64,000 bases of DNA from Halorussus marinus. Lineage in GTDB: Archaea > Halobacteriota > Halobacteria > Halobacteriales > Haladaptataceae. How positions within the stretch are numbered: the stretch's first letter is position 1; the number at the start of each line of letters is the position of its first letter. The stretch lies in NCBI RefSeq assembly GCF_004765795.1, contig NZ_SBIV01000008.1, positions 62,001 to 126,000 on the forward strand. The letters are read 5' to 3'. The position numbers and the translations under genes were made by a program. Below are positions 43,654-53,423 of this stretch, in pieces. The notes under the pieces were generated by a model. It was given only the letters and a program-made list of their open reading frames with translations. It was not told the DNA's origin and made no database searches.

Positions 43654-45111
43654 TCAGTCGTCGGCCGCCGCGGCCGACCGACCGTCGCCGGCGTCGACCC
43701 GCTTTTCGGTGATCCCCCAGCCGGTCAGACCCATCGCGAACAGGACGAGCGGCGAGAGGAACGCGAAGAAGTAGTACGGGAAGTACTCCAGCGTCGCCAC
43801 GCCGAACGCGCCGGACATGTACACCGCCCCGGCGTGCCACGGGATGAGCGCGCCGGTCGGGGTCCCGGCGGCCTCGACCGCCCGCGAGAGGTTCTCGCTG
43901 TCGAGGTCGTACTCGTCGTAGAGGTTCCGGAGCGACATCCCGGGCACGACAATCGACATATATTGCTGGGCCGAGAGCACGTTGACGACGATGGCGCCGA
44001 CGCCGGTGCTGACGATGAGGCTCGATCGGCTCCGGATGCTGGCGGCGAGCCGGTGGGCCAGCACCGCGAGGATGCCGGTCGATTCGAGCAGGCCGCCCAG
44101 CGACAGCGCCGCGACGACCACGGTGATAGTCCACGCGGAGCCCGAGAGGCCGTCACTGTGCAGGAGTCTGTCGACCCGTTCTACCCCGGTCGCGGGCTCG
44201 GTGCCGTTGAGGAATATCTCCCAGCCGACGACGAACGACTGGCCCTGCAGGAGGACGGTCGTGAGCACGCCGGCGAACACGCCCGCGACCAGAGACGGCA
44301 GTGCCGAGTAGCCGGACAGCGCGAGTCCGAAGGTGACGACCAGCGGGAGAAAGACGAGGGGTGAGATGTCGTAAGTCCCCGCGAGCGCGCCCTGAATCTC
44401 GGCGACCTGTCCGGCGGGGATCGCGCCGCCGGCCCGGAGGCCGAGCGCGGCGTACAGCACGACCGAGATGCCCAACGCGAGCAGGGTCCCCCACCGCATC
44501 GACCGGATGTGGTCGTAGAGGTCGGTGTTGGTGACCGCGGCCGCGAGGTTGGTGGTGTCCGACAGCGGCGACTGCTTGTCGCCGGCGTACGCGCCCGAGA
44601 GGATCGCGCCGGCGGTCATCGGCTCGGGGATGCCCAGTCCCGAGCCGATCCCGATGAACGCGACTCCGAGCGTCCCGGCGGTCGTCCACGACGATCCGAT
44701 CGAGAACGCGACCGCCGCCGCGAGCAGCGCGGTCGCGGGCAGGAACACCTCGGGGGTGAGCACCGACAGCCCGTAGTACATCAGCCCCGGGATCGTCCCG
44801 GCGCTGACCCACGTCGCGATGAGCGCGTAGATCGTAAAGAGGATGAGCACCGCCTGCAGGCCCATCATCAGCCCCTTCGCGATCCCGTCGTAGACGTCGT
44901 TCCACGACAGGCCCAGCCAGTAGGTCGCGACCAGTCCGGTCAACACGATGCTCCAGAGCAACGGCGCGTGGGGCGCGAGCTTCAGATACCCCGAGCCGAT
45001 CCCGAGGAAGACGACGACCCCCAGAACCGGCACGAGCGCCTGCGAGAGCGTCGGCCGACGCTCCGGCGACAGTTCCTCGTAGGTCAGCGGTTCGAAGTCG
45101 AGCGAAGGCAT
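43654..45111 (-). CDS. NhaC-family antiporter (ArcD/amino-acid antiporter-like)
   Basis: Motifs 'GSSWTTAGTLGVA', 'SGAYAGDKQSPLSDTTNL' and 'LIPW'. Confidence 0.9.
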   Translation of the reverse strand: MPSLDFEPLTYEELSPERRPTLSQALVPVLGVVVFLGIGSGYLKLAPHAPLLWSIVLTGLVATYWLGLSWNDVYDGIAKGLMMGLQAVLILFTIYALIATWVSAGTIPGLMYYGLSVLTPEVFLPATALLAAAVAFSIGSSWTTAGTLGVAFIGIGSGLGIPEPMTAGAILSGAYAGDKQSPLSDTTNLAAAVTNTDLYDHIRSMRWGTLLALGISVVLYAALGLRAGGAIPAGQVAEIQGALAGTYDISPLVFLPLVVTFGLALSGYSALPSLVAGVFAGVLTTVLLQGQSFVVGWEIFLNGTEPATGVERVDRLLHSDGLSGSAWTITVVVAALSLGGLLESTGILAVLAHRLAASIRSRSSLIVSTGVGAIVVNVLSAQQYMSIVVPGMSLRNLYDEYDLDSENLSRAVEAAGTPTGALIPWHAGAVYMSGAFGVATLEYFPYYFFAFLSPLVLFAMGLTGWGITEKRVDAGDGRSAAAADD

Positions 45112-45264
45112 TCGCCACCGTCTAATGACTGAGAGTATTAAAACTCGTTCTTTTTATTCGTATAAAGAATATTTAAAGTGTGGGTCGGTACCGCAAGTCG
45201 TACTAACAGTTCCCAGACGGCGCGGCGATTTCGGCACGCGTCACTCAGAGTGGGTCGGCGACGA

Positions 45265-45426
45265 TCACTCTGATCGGCAAGCGTCGGTCGCCCGGAGAAA
45301 CGCGTTAGACGAGACCGGCGTCTCACACAGGACGCACCCAGTGGTCAGCAATTCCGACCGGATGTCGGCGTCGACGATCACCTGCGCCGTACACTCCGGA
45401 CAGTCGAAGACGTACTCCGGTGCCAC
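45265..45426 (-). CDS. Small Zn-ribbon protein (53 aa)
   Basis: Not in the ORF track: GTG 45426, MAPEYVFDCPECTAQVIVDADIRSELLTTGCVLCETPVSS..., with two CxxC motifs and its own TTATT box. Confidence 0.7.
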   Translation of the reverse strand: MAPEYVFDCPECTAQVIVDADIRSELLTTGCVLCETPVSSNAFLRATDACRSE

Positions 45427-45460
45427 GGTGACCCCGTTGGCTCACACCACCGCCCGAACC

Positions 45461-45498
45461 TGAATAACCCCCGTCCCCACATCGTGTGGGCGTTGAAA
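45461..45498 (-). promoter_or_regulatory. Candidate activator site (CCCACA-N3-TGTGGG) plus TATA box
   Basis: Perfect 6-3-6 palindrome at 45476-45490 just upstream of GGGTTATT on the minus strand. Confidence 0.55.
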
Positions 45499-45532
45499 CC
45501 TCCGGCGGCGTCGATCGGCCCGCCGCGCCGGC

Positions 45533-46168
45533 TCAGGCTTCGAGGACGGAGGTGAGGATCTTCGACTGGGCGGCCGAGAGGTGCTCGGCGAACGTCGAGC
45601 GGTTGATGCCAAGCGTCTCGGAGATGTCGGTGGCGTTCGCGCCCTTCGGGTGATCGAAGTACCCCATCTCGTGGGCGGTCTCGAGCACCTCGCGCTGGCG
45701 ACTCGTGAGCTCCGTGCGGTCGACGAACACGAGGTCGTCCGAGCCCTCCGCGGACGTCGATCGAGTGAGTCGCCGGAGCGTGACTCCGTCGTAGGTCTCT
45801 CGGAGCGCCGAGACGATCTCCCGGAGCGCGCCGATATTCGAGGCGACGAACGACAGCGCGATCGCCCCCTCGTTCGGGTCGAGGTGACGGACCGGACAGC
45901 CGTGGCTCTCGACGAGTTCGCAGGCACACTCCGGAGTCGCGCCCGTCGGGCACTCGAACCGGTAGATCACCTCGTCGCCGTAGTGAAACACCTCGGTGAC
46001 GTCGTCGAGGTCGGCGGCCGCCTCGGCCGTGAACTCGACGGTCACGGCGTCGCCGGTCCGCCCCGACCGCGAGACCGACTGGATCCGTGCCGACTCCGAG
46101 GCGCTGGCGATGCGGCAGACCGAACGATCCTCGACCGCGAGTTCGGCGTGAACGCCCTCCTCGGACAT
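45533..46168 (-). CDS. NarO/DmsR-like Cys-containing HTH-10 regulator
   Basis: N-terminal Cys set (VCR, FECP, CAC, GCPV) and HTH-10 'LTSRQREVLETAHEMGYFDHPKGANAT'; divergent from the nar operon. Confidence 0.85.
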   Translation of the reverse strand: MSEEGVHAELAVEDRSVCRIASASESARIQSVSRSGRTGDAVTVEFTAEAAADLDDVTEVFHYGDEVIYRFECPTGATPECACELVESHGCPVRHLDPNEGAIALSFVASNIGALREIVSALRETYDGVTLRRLTRSTSAEGSDDLVFVDRTELTSRQREVLETAHEMGYFDHPKGANATDISETLGINRSTFAEHLSAAQSKILTSVLEA

Positions 46169-46425
46169 ACGTGAAGGTACCTCCGTCGGCAGGATAAAAA
46201 TTCTACCGAACGGGTTAGTCACACCTATTACCGACTGGGAATCGCGACCCGACCGGCTCGGGACTTAAACCCCCAGTATACGATGGTCCGTGGGTTACCG
46301 GCGTCGAGTCGGAATCTCAAACCGAGGGGAACTATGGCTCGAACCACAGTCCCATCGGCCGGACCGGGCGCGGGTCGGGAGCCGTCCGACGCCGTCGACC
46401 GCCGGCGTCCGCGGGGTGGTCGCCC

Positions 46426-47001
46426 GTGAGGCGCGAGACGGTCGTCGTCGCCCTCCTGATCGCCGCCGTCCTCCTGCCGATGTGGTACGTCGCGCTGCAC
46501 GGGGAACCGCCGAGCGAGGAGATAGCGATCGACCGGGGCGTCACCGAGATGCGGCCGCTGGGTGACATCGTCGACACGCCCGAGAAGCTCGCGCCGAGCC
46601 AGGTCGGCGTCATCGTCTGGGTCGCGCTGTTCGGGCTGGTCGGGGTGCTCACCGCGGTCCACCGGTTCATGAACTCCGCGGTCCGGCCCGACGACGGCGA
46701 GCCCGAACCGGTCGCCGACGGCGGGGCTGTCGGCCTCCCGTGGTTCCGGACCGACGACCGGTGGGTGGTCGAATATCACGACGCCTCGGACGCGATCGAG
46801 GGGATTCTTGCGATGGGCGGGCTCACCGTCCTCGCCATCGTCTTCGCCGCGCTGTTCACCGGCGAGTACCTCACGCTCGCGCGGACCCAGTACTTCGGCG
46901 TGTACGCCGCGGGGATGTTCGTCTCGCTGGCGCTGCTCACGGTCGCGTACTACGCGTGGTTCCTCCCGCACGTCGAGGTCGCCGAACGGAGGACACACTG
47001 A
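46426..47001 (+). CDS. Membrane protein, first gene of the haloarchaeal nar cluster
   Basis: Four hydrophobic segments; TGATG coupling to the Rieske gene. Confidence 0.7.
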   Translation: MRRETVVVALLIAAVLLPMWYVALHGEPPSEEIAIDRGVTEMRPLGDIVDTPEKLAPSQVGVIVWVALFGLVGVLTAVHRFMNSAVRPDDGEPEPVADGGAVGLPWFRTDDRWVVEYHDASDAIEGILAMGGLTVLAIVFAALFTGEYLTLARTQYFGVYAAGMFVSLALLTVAYYAWFLPHVEVAERRTH

Positions 47002-47660
47002 TGGGACCGAACACCGAATCCGACGACTGCGACGGCTGTTGTACCGACTGCGGGACCGACGCCGACGCCGACGCGGGCGGTCGGCCCAGCATCTTCACCG
47101 ACGCCCGGGCGTCGATGGAGCGACGTGACTACGCGAAACTGCTCGCGACCGCGGGCGGGCTGACCGCGGTCGGGAGCCTCGCCGCGCCGCTGGCGGGGCT
47201 CACCCGCGTGTTCGAGCGGTCCTACACCGGGCCGATCTACTCCGAGGGGATCAACCTCGTCGACGGCGAGGGCGAGCCGATCTCCGAGTCGGCGCTGTCG
47301 GAAGGCGAGAAGATGACCGTCTTCCCCGAGCCCCGACCGGGGATCGAGAAGGCGCCGACGCTGCTGGTTCGGCACCCGGAGGACGCCTACGGCGGCGAGA
47401 CGAACATGGAGTTCACGGTCGCGGGCTACGCGGCCTACTCGAAGGTCTGTACCCACGCCGGCTGTATGGTCTCGGACGAGGACGGCGAGACGCTGGTCTG
47501 TCCGTGTCACTTCGGGAAGTTCGATCCGACGGCGGGCGCCGCGGTCGTGGGCGGGCCGCCCTCGCGGGCACTGCCCCAACTCCCCATCACGGTATCGAGC
47601 GACGGATATCTGGTCGCCACGGGCGACTTCGAGGGGCCGGTCGGCCCCGGGGGTGAGTGA
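47001..47660 (+). CDS. narB: Rieske [2Fe-2S] protein of the nar Q-cycle module
   Basis: Motifs 'CTHAGC' and 'CPCHFGKF'; Tat-like ERRDY followed by a TM segment. Confidence 0.9.
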   Translation: MGPNTESDDCDGCCTDCGTDADADAGGRPSIFTDARASMERRDYAKLLATAGGLTAVGSLAAPLAGLTRVFERSYTGPIYSEGINLVDGEGEPISESALSEGEKMTVFPEPRPGIEKAPTLLVRHPEDAYGGETNMEFTVAGYAAYSKVCTHAGCMVSDEDGETLVCPCHFGKFDPTAGAAVVGGPPSRALPQLPITVSSDGYLVATGDFEGPVGPGGE

Positions 47661-49165
47661 TGTCCCGAGCCGACCGGCTGACCGAGCGAGCGACCGGCGC
47701 CGGCGACCGGGCCTACGCGTGGCTCGACGACCGGTTCGACCTCGATCGGGGTCGGTCGTTCCTCGGGAAGGCGTTCCCCGCGGAGGACTCGTTCCTGCTC
47801 GGGGAGGTCGCGCTGTTCTGCTTCGTGATGCTCGTGCTCACGGGGATCTTCCTCGGGATGTTCTTCGAGCCCTCGACCAGCGGCGTCGAGTACGAGGGCA
47901 GCGTCCAGAAGTTCCAGGGTCAGGAGGTGCCCGAGGCGTTCGCGAGCGTGCTCCAGATCACCTACGACGTCCCGTTCGGGATGTTCATCCGGCGGATGCA
48001 CCACTGGGCCGCCCACCTGTTCGTCGCGGCCATCGGGCTCCACATGCTCCGAGTCTTCTTCACCGGCGCGTACCGCAACCCCCGCGAGCCCAACTGGGTC
48101 GTCGGCACCGGACTCGCCGGGCTCGCGATGGGCGCGGCCTACACCGGCTACGCGCTGCCGTTCGACGAGTTCGCCGCGACCGCGACCGGGATCGGCTACA
48201 ACCTCGCCATCTCGGTCCCCGTCGTCGGGGAGGTGATCGGCAAAGTCGTGTTCGGCGGCCAGTTCCCGTCGAGCGCCACCATCCCGCGGCTGTACTTCCT
48301 CCACGTCCTCGTGATCCCGGCGCTCATCGCCGGACTGCTCGCGGTCCACATGGTGATCCTCGTCCGCCAGAAACACACCGAGGCGCCCCGCGACGGCGAC
48401 GTTCCCGGTCCGGGGGCGGCCAGCCGATCGGCCGACGCGGAGACCGGCGCCCGATCGGCCAATCCCGGCACGACCGCCTCGGACGGCGAGCCGGCGATCG
48501 GCGACGGCGGGACCGCGACCGCCGACGCGACGGTTTCGGCGGACGACGACGGCGTCGTCGTCGGCCTGCCGGCGTTCCCGAACCAGGCGGCCGTGAGCGC
48601 GGTCGTCTTCTTCCTGACGCTGGCGACCCTGTCGGCGCTGGCCGGGTTCCTGCCGGTCCACAACATCGCCGAATACGGCCCGAACGACCCGGCCGGGACC
48701 CCGGAGCTCATCATGCCCGACTGGTTCCTGATGTGGGTGTACGGCTTCCTGAAGCTGCTGCCGTCGTGGCTGAGCTTCACGATCCCGGTGGTCGACGTCC
48801 ACGTCTCGACCGAGTTCGTCGGCGGCGTCGTACTCCCGACGCTCGTGTTCGGCGCGGTCGCGATCTGGCCGTTCGTCGACTCCCGCGAGGAGCCGACCCA
48901 CTTCACCGCGAATCCGCTCGACCGGCCGCGCCAGACCGCTGTCGGGGTCGCGGCGGTCCAGTTCGTCATGATCGCCTCGATCGCGGGGATGAACAACCTC
49001 CTCGGACGAGCGATCGGGGTCGGCACTGGGGTCGTGAACCCGATCCTCACGGTCGCGCTGGTGGTCGTCCCGATCGCTTCGGGCCTGGTGACCTACCGGG
49101 TGCTGGCGGGCGGCGACGACCGGGAGCGCGCCGACGAGACCGCGGAGGTGAACGGGGATGACTGA
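47657..49165 (+). CDS. narC: Cytochrome b (bc-complex type) of the nar cluster
   Basis: Motifs '[11 protein letters not shown]...LHMLR', 'YFLHVLVIP...VHM' and 'MPDWF'. Confidence 0.9.
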   Translation: MMSRADRLTERATGAGDRAYAWLDDRFDLDRGRSFLGKAFPAEDSFLLGEVALFCFVMLVLTGIFLGMFFEPSTSGVEYEGSVQKFQGQEVPEAFASVLQITYDVPFGMFIRRMHHWAAHLFVAAIGLHMLRVFFTGAYRNPREPNWVVGTGLAGLAMGAAYTGYALPFDEFAATATGIGYNLAISVPVVGEVIGKVVFGGQFPSSATIPRLYFLHVLVIPALIAGLLAVHMVILVRQKHTEAPRDGDVPGPGAASRSADAETGARSANPGTTASDGEPAIGDGGTATADATVSADDDGVVVGLPAFPNQAAVSAVVFFLTLATLSALAGFLPVHNIAEYGPNDPAGTPELIMPDWFLMWVYGFLKLLPSWLSFTIPVVDVHVSTEFVGGVVLPTLVFGAVAIWPFVDSREEPTHFTANPLDRPRQTAVGVAAVQFVMIASIAGMNNLLGRAIGVGTGVVNPILTVALVVVPIASGLVTYRVLAGGDDRERADETAEVNGDD

Positions 49166-49370
49166 CGGCCCGACCGCTGACCCCGACGCCGCGGGCGTCG
49201 CACTGTCGGCGAGGACGTATCGACACCTCGACCGCGCGAGCAAGCTCCTCGGCGTCGGGCTGGTCGCGCTCGGCCTCGACGCTGGCGGCGACACGCTCGC
49301 GGGGCTCGCGCTCGGCGCGGTCGGCGCAGCGCTCGCACTCGCGACGGTTTTCCTACGGAGAGACGAATGA
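49158..49370 (+). CDS. Small membrane protein of the nar cluster
   Basis: 70 aa with 2 TM segments; overlaps both neighbouring genes. Confidence 0.65.
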   Translation: MTDGPTADPDAAGVALSARTYRHLDRASKLLGVGLVALGLDAGGDTLAGLALGAVGAALALATVFLRRDE

Positions 49371-52303
49371 GCCGAAACTCACTCGACGACCAGACGACAG
49401 GCGAATCGGACCACGAGGAGCCGACCGACACCGCCCCGGACGTGGGCGACCCGCCCGGCGACCCGACGGAGTCGCCCGGCGTCTCCCGAAGGGGGTTCCT
49501 CGAAGGCCTCGGGGTCGCGTCGGTGCTCGGCCTCGGTAGCGCGGCGGCCGACGACGACCTGTTCCGGATGGACGGGCTGGAGACGGTCGAGGACCCGATC
49601 GGGGAGTACCCGTACCGCGACTGGGAGGACCTCTACCGCGAGGAGTGGGACTGGGACTCGGTCGCCCGCTCGACCCACAGCGTCAACTGCACCGGGAGTT
49701 GCTCGTGGAACGTCTACGTCAAGAACGGGCAGGTCTGGCGCGAGGAGCAGTCGGGCGACTACCCCCGATTCGACGAGAGCCTCCCGGACCCGAACCCCCG
49801 GGGCTGTCAGAAGGGGGCGTGTTACACCGACTACGTCAACGCCGACCAGCGCATCAAACACCCGCTCAAGCGGGTCGGCGAGCGCGGCGAGGGCAAGTGG
49901 CAGCGAGTCTCGTGGGACGAGGCGCTCACCGAGATCGCCGAGCACGTCGTCGACGAGGTGCAGGCGGGCCGGTACGACGCCATCTCGGGGTTCACGCCCA
50001 TCCCGGCGATGAGTCCGGTGTCGTTCGCCAGCGGCTCGCGGCTCGTCAATCTGCTCGGGGGCGTCTCTCACAGCTTCTACGACTGGTACTCGGACCTGCC
50101 GCCGGGCCAGCCCATCACCTGGGGCACCCAGACCGACAACGCAGAGAGCGCCGACTGGTACAACGCAGACTACATCGTGGCGTGGGGATCGAACATCAAC
50201 GTCACTCGCATCCCGGACGCGAAGTACTTCCTCGATGCGGGCTACGACGGCACCAAGCGTGTCGGCGTGTTCACCGACTACTCTCAGACCGCGATCCACA
50301 CAGACGAGTGGGTCAGCCCCGAGCCCGGCACCGACACCGCGCTCGCGCTCGGGATGGCTCGGACCATCGTCGACGAGGGGCTGTACGACGAGGCCCACCT
50401 CAAGGAGCAGACCGACATGCCCCTGCTGGTCCGTCAGGACACCGGGAAGTTCCTCCGGGCCAGCGACGTGCCGGGCGTCGAGACCGACGCCGACCGCCCG
50501 AAGTGGATGCTCCTGATGGTCGACGAGGACGGCGACCTCCGGGAGACGCCCGGCTCGCTGGGCGAGCGCGACGGCCAGACGGACTACTCGGCGAGCATCG
50601 AACTCGACTTCGACCCGCGACTCGACGCCGAGCGGACCGTCCGGACCGACGACGGCGAGGTCGAAGTCCGGACCGTCTGGAACGAGCTCCGCGAGGAGCT
50701 CGCGGAGTACGGCCCCGAGACCGTCCACGAGGAGACCGGCGTCGGCACCGACACGTACCAGCGGCTCGCCCGGGAGTTCGCCGAGGCCGAGAAGGCCAAG
50801 ATCATCCACGGCAAGGGCGTCAATGACTGGTACCACAACGACCTCGGCAACCGCGCGATCCAGCTCCTGGTGACCCTGACCGGCAACATGGGCGAGCAGG
50901 GAACCGGCCTCGACCACTACGTCGGCCAGGAGAAGATCTGGACGTTCGACGGGTGGAAGTCCCTGTCGTTCCCGACCGGGAGCGTCAGGGGCGTGCCGAC
51001 GACGCTGTGGACGTACTACCACGCCGGCATCCTCGACAACACCGACCCCGACACCGCCGCGAAGATCCGCGAAGCCGTCGACGAGGGGTGGATGCCGGTC
51101 TACCCCGCCGAGCGCGAGGACGGCTCGCGGCCCGACCCGACGACGATGTTCGTCTGGCGGGGCAACTACTTCAATCAGGCGAAGGGCAACGTCGCGGTCG
51201 AGGAGGAGCTGTGGCCGAAGCTCGACCTCGTGGTCGACATCAACTTCCGGATGGACTCGACGGCGATGTACAGCGACATCGTGCTCCCGACCGCGAGCCA
51301 CTACGAGAAACACGACCTCTCGATGACGGACATGCACACCTACGTGCACCCGTTCACGCCCGCGGTCGAGCCGCTGGGCGAGTCCAAGACCGACTGGCAA
51401 ATCTTCCGGGAGCTCGCCGAGAAGATTCAGGAAGTGGCGACCGAGCGGGGTGTCGAGCCGATCGCCGATCGGCAGTTCGACCGCGAGATCGACCTCCAAT
51501 CGATCCACGACGACTACGTCCGGGACTGGCAGACCGGCGAGGCGGGCGCGCTCGCCGAGGACCGAGCGGCCTGCGAGTACATCCTCGAAAACTCCGCCGA
51601 GACGAACCCCGACGGCACCGACGAGCAGATCGAGTTCGCCGACACCGTCGAACAGCCCCAGCGCCTGCTGGAGGCCGGCGACCACTGGACCTCCGACATC
51701 GAAGAGGGGGAGGCCTACGCGCCGTGGCAGGACTTCGTGCAGGAGAAGAACCCGTGGCCGACGGTCACCGGGCGCCAGCAGTACTACATCGACCACGACT
51801 GGTTCCTCGAACTCGACGAGCAGCTGCCGACCCACAAGGAGGGGCCGACGAACACCGGCGGCGACTACCCGATGGAGTACAACACGCCCCACGGCAGGTG
51901 GGCGATCCACTCGACGTGGCGCGACAGCGAGAAGATGCTCCGGCTCCAGCGGGGCGAGCCCGTCGTCTACCTCCACCCGGAGGACGCCGCCGAGCGCGGC
52001 ATCGAGGACGGCGACACCGTCGAGGTGTTCAACGACCTCGGGAGCGTCGAGGTCCAGGCGAAGCTCTACCCGTCCGGGGAACCCGGCACCGTCCGGCACT
52101 TCTTCTCGTGGGAGAAGTTCCAGTACGACAGCCGGAACAACTTCAACACGCTCGTCCCGATGTACATGAAGCCGACCCAGCTGGTCCAGTACCCCGAGGA
52201 GTCGGGCGAACACCTCTACTTCTTCCCCAACTACTGGGGGCCGACCGGGGTCAACAGCGACGTCCGGGTCGACGTGCGCAAGCCGGGAGGTGACGGCGAA
52301 TGA
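49367..52303 (+). CDS. narG: Respiratory nitrate reductase alpha subunit, Tat-exported (pNar)
   Basis: Tat motif SRRGFL; FS0 motif 'THSVNCTGSC...PRGCQKG'; 'FYDWYSDLPP'; 'DHYVGQEK'; 'TPHGRWAIHS'. Confidence 0.95.
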   Translation: MSRNSLDDQTTGESDHEEPTDTAPDVGDPPGDPTESPGVSRRGFLEGLGVASVLGLGSAAADDDLFRMDGLETVEDPIGEYPYRDWEDLYREEWDWDSVARSTHSVNCTGSCSWNVYVKNGQVWREEQSGDYPRFDESLPDPNPRGCQKGACYTDYVNADQRIKHPLKRVGERGEGKWQRVSWDEALTEIAEHVVDEVQAGRYDAISGFTPIPAMSPVSFASGSRLVNLLGGVSHSFYDWYSDLPPGQPITWGTQTDNAESADWYNADYIVAWGSNINVTRIPDAKYFLDAGYDGTKRVGVFTDYSQTAIHTDEWVSPEPGTDTALALGMARTIVDEGLYDEAHLKEQTDMPLLVRQDTGKFLRASDVPGVETDADRPKWMLLMVDEDGDLRETPGSLGERDGQTDYSASIELDFDPRLDAERTVRTDDGEVEVRTVWNELREELAEYGPETVHEETGVGTDTYQRLAREFAEAEKAKIIHGKGVNDWYHNDLGNRAIQLLVTLTGNMGEQGTGLDHYVGQEKIWTFDGWKSLSFPTGSVRGVPTTLWTYYHAGILDNTDPDTAAKIREAVDEGWMPVYPAEREDGSRPDPTTMFVWRGNYFNQAKGNVAVEEELWPKLDLVVDINFRMDSTAMYSDIVLPTASHYEKHDLSMTDMHTYVHPFTPAVEPLGESKTDWQIFRELAEKIQEVATERGVEPIADRQFDREIDLQSIHDDYVRDWQTGEAGALAEDRAACEYILENSAETNPDGTDEQIEFADTVEQPQRLLEAGDHWTSDIEEGEAYAPWQDFVQEKNPWPTVTGRQQYYIDHDWFLELDEQLPTHKEGPTNTGGDYPMEYNTPHGRWAIHSTWRDSEKMLRLQRGEPVVYLHPEDAAERGIEDGDTVEVFNDLGSVEVQAKLYPSGEPGTVRHFFSWEKFQYDSRNNFNTLVPMYMKPTQLVQYPEESGEHLYFFPNYWGPTGVNSDVRVDVRKPGGDGE

Positions 52304-53376
52304 GCAGTCAGGACACCACGACCGCCGCCGGCGAGGGCGAGTCCGTCGACCTCGCCGACGGGGTCGACCACCAGGTCGCGATGGTGATGGACCTCAACAA
52401 GTGCATCGGATGCCAGACGTGTACGGTCGCGTGCAAGTCGCTGTGGACCGAGGGCGGGGGTCGCGACTACATGTACTGGAACAACGTCGAGACCAAGCCC
52501 GGCGAGGGCTACCCCCGCGGCTGGGAGGAGTCGGGCGGCGGCTGGCAGTCGTCCGACCACAGCGAGCGCAGTCCCGGCGAGATCCCCGACAAGGAAGACT
52601 ACGGCGAGTCGTGGGAGTTCAACCACGAGGAGATCATGTACGAGGGCGGCGACCAGCCGCTCCGGCCCCAGTCGGACCCCGAGTGGGGCCCCAACTGGGA
52701 CGAGGACCAGGGCGCCGGCGAGTACCCCAACTCCTACTACTTCTACCTCCCGCGCATCTGCAACCACTGCACCCACCCCTCGTGCGTCGAGGCCTGCCCC
52801 AGAAAGGCGATCTACAAGCGCGAGGAGGACGGCATCGTCCTGATCGACCAGGAGCGGTGTCGGGGGTACCGCTACTGCGTCGAGGGGTGTCCGTACAAGA
52901 AAGTCTACTACAACGCGGCCCAGAAGACCTCCGAGAAGTGCGTCTTCTGCTACCCGCGGCTCGAAGGCGAGGGCCCCGAGGGCGAGACGTTCGCGCCGGC
53001 CTGCGCCGAGGAGTGTCCGCCACAGCTCCGGCTCGTGGGTTTCCTCGACGACGAGCAGGGCCCGATCTACAAGCTGGTCGAGGAGTACGAGGTCGCCCTG
53101 CCGCTCCACCCCGAGTACCGGACTCAGCCCAACGTCTACTACATCCCGCCGTTCGCACCGCCCCAGCACTCCGAGGACGGCGAGACGATCGACGTCGACC
53201 GCATCCCTCGGACGTACCTCGAAGAGCTGTTCGGCGAGCGCGTCCACGACGCGCTCGATACGATCGAGCGCGAGCGCGATAAGGTCGATCGGGGCGGCGA
53301 CAGCGAACTGCTCGACATGCTGACCGACACCAACCCCGCGCGCAAGTACCGACTGGAGGTGTTCGACGATGCGTGA
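52300..53376 (+). CDS. narH: Nitrate reductase beta (Fe-S) subunit
   Basis: Motifs 'DLNKCIGCQTCTVACK', 'WNNVETKPG', 'CNHCTHPSCVEACP', 'CRGYRYC...CPY' and 'KCVFC'. Confidence 0.95.
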   Translation: MSSQDTTTAAGEGESVDLADGVDHQVAMVMDLNKCIGCQTCTVACKSLWTEGGGRDYMYWNNVETKPGEGYPRGWEESGGGWQSSDHSERSPGEIPDKEDYGESWEFNHEEIMYEGGDQPLRPQSDPEWGPNWDEDQGAGEYPNSYYFYLPRICNHCTHPSCVEACPRKAIYKREEDGIVLIDQERCRGYRYCVEGCPYKKVYYNAAQKTSEKCVFCYPRLEGEGPEGETFAPACAEECPPQLRLVGFLDDEQGPIYKLVEEYEVALPLHPEYRTQPNVYYIPPFAPPQHSEDGETIDVDRIPRTYLEELFGERVHDALDTIERERDKVDRGGDSELLDMLTDTNPARKYRLEVFDDA

Positions 53377-53423
53377 GCAGCGTCGGACTCGCCGGACCGT
53401 CGGTCCGGAGGTGTTCGACGATG
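53355..53423 (+). repeat. 17-bp direct repeat at the narH/heme-subunit junction
   Basis: GGAGGTGTTCGACGATG at 53355-53371 and 53407-53423. Confidence 0.85.

Noticed and set aside
48390..48550. Low-complexity insertion in cytochrome b as a possible intein or mobile insert
   Set aside because: No intein splice motifs; it looks like a variable acidic linker between the cyt b and subunit-IV-like parts.
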